Assembly (NCBI GenBank): GCA_963769025.1
Contig: CAVYKI010000009.1
Location: forward strand, 608,001-672,000
Length of the DNA stretch: 64,000 bases
Direction of reading: 5' to 3'
From: an uncultured Verrucomicrobiae bacterium
Lineage (GTDB): Bacteria; Verrucomicrobiota; Verrucomicrobiia; Chthoniobacterales; Chthoniobacteraceae
The first letter of the stretch is position 1. Each line of letters begins with the position of its first letter. The notes under the pieces were generated by a model. The model was not told where the DNA came from. It ran no database searches and worked only from the letters and a program-made list of their open reading frames with translations. The position numbers and the translations under genes are program-made. Of this stretch, positions 62,901 to 64,000 are shown piece after piece.

Positions 62901-63426
62901 CTTGAAGTGAGCGCGCATGGGCGTGGAAATTAGCCGGTTTCTCCGCGAAGGACAGTGCGAAGGAACAGAAATGAACCGGGTAAGCGGGCAGGATGGAAGC
63001 AGATGCGTCGGGTATGCGAGATGCTTATAATTACCATATGCATCTTGTGAAAAAGAATACCAAACTTGTGTGCGCCTACTGCGTTTTGGTCACGACAGCA
63101 TTCGGAGTTGTCGCCCGTGACACAAATCGCCGTGCCGAACTGCGCCTGCACATCGCTGGCGCGGAGGTTGCACGCCCCGCGGAACCACCCATGCCGCTGC
63201 CAATCATGCCCCTTGCGCATTCGCCATTTCCGGAAGCGCGTCCAGGCCCGATTCATTCAGGCGAGCGGATTGCGAAAATCACGAAGCCGCGGTCGCGACC
63301 GTCACGTGGACAGGGCCCGTTGAACCCGGTCTCCGTCCTTCAATAAGTCGCCAACTCGGTGGAACTCGATGAGGCGATGCTTTCGTTACACTTGCTTTGC
63401 GGGCGGGAGCCGCTAGACCCCCGCGG

Positions 63427-64000
63427 GTGACTGAAACGGAAGCCTGCATCGTCCTCAACATGGTGCCTGGAATGGGCCCGGTGCGCCTCCGAACGTTGAT
63501 CGAGACGTTTGAGACACCGCAGCGAATCCTCGCCGCCGGCGCCGCCGCATTGCGCTCTGCAAAGGGCGTCGGCCCTGAAACCGCGGACGCCATCGCGTCG
63601 TGGGAAACGCACGTGGATCTCGCAGCGGAACTGAAGCGCATCGCTGATTTCGGCGCGAAAGTGATCACCGGGAGTTCGCCCGAGTATCCTTCCGCGCTCC
63701 GCACGATTCATAACCCTCCCGTCGTCCTCTACGTGTGGGGCGAGCTGCGGTCCGCGGATGCGCACGCCATCGGCGTCGTCGGTTCGCGAAACGTCACGCA
63801 CTACGGCACCGAGACGGCGAAAAAGCTCTCCTACCAGCTCGCGTTTGCCGGGTACACGGTCGTGAGCGGCCTCGCTCGTGGCATCGACACGTCGGCACAT
63901 CACGGTGCTCTCGCCGCGAAGGGTCGCACCATCGCCGTCCTCGGCAGCGGCCTCGCCACGCTGTACCCGCCGGAAAATCTCGGCCTCGCGGAAAAGATCG
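63427..64000 (+). CDS. dprA: DNA-processing protein DprA (runs off the window edge)
   Basis: Manual translation from GTG 63427: YPSALRTIHNPPVVLYVWG, IGVVGSR, VVSGLARGIDTSAH, TIAVLGSG, YPPEN. Confidence 0.93.
   Translation, partial: MTETEACIVLNMVPGMGPVRLRTLIETFETPQRILAAGAAALRSAKGVGPETADAIASWETHVDLAAELKRIADFGAKVITGSSPEYPSALRTIHNPPVVLYVWGELRSADAHAIGVVGSRNVTHYGTETAKKLSYQLAFAGYTVVSGLARGIDTSAHHGALAAKGRTIAVLGSGLATLYPPENLGLAEKI

Noticed and set aside
62993..63346. 117-aa plus-strand ORF before dprA
   Set aside because: Could be a small exported protein but has no motif support.

Overview
GC-rich bacterial chromosomal window, most consistent with a Verrucomicrobia/PVC organism (PEP-CTERM protein, autotransporter-repeat giant protein, DUF5069, DUF1080, sulfatase). 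Many genes, including housekeeping glnS, are split by single-base indels, which points to long-read consensus errors. Contents in order: 5' part of a giant autotransporter-repeat surface protein; FAD oxidoreductase and PQQ-propeller genes; a tight patatin / CoA-ligase / beta-oxidation / glycerophosphodiesterase operon; an APH-AAA plus HPF pair; a lexA-imuA-imuB-dnaE2 cassette with a perfect 26-bp palindrome over the lexA promoter; a secreted beta-helix protein; a pepM-ppd-AEP transaminase phosphonate cluster divergent from a eukaryote-like tubulin-tyrosine-ligase (TTL) family ATP-grasp gene; a GlnD-like nucleotidyltransferase / RyR / RCK-RyR membrane protein run; SNF2 helicase, parA, bactofilin, pirin, sulfatase, hpnH-shc, M20 peptidase, glnS and dprA. 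Best novelty candidates: (1) the AEP biosynthesis + TTL-ligase module, (2) a new LexA operator, (3) the GlnD-like/RyR/channel module. All family calls come from motif recognition by eye; no database searches were run.
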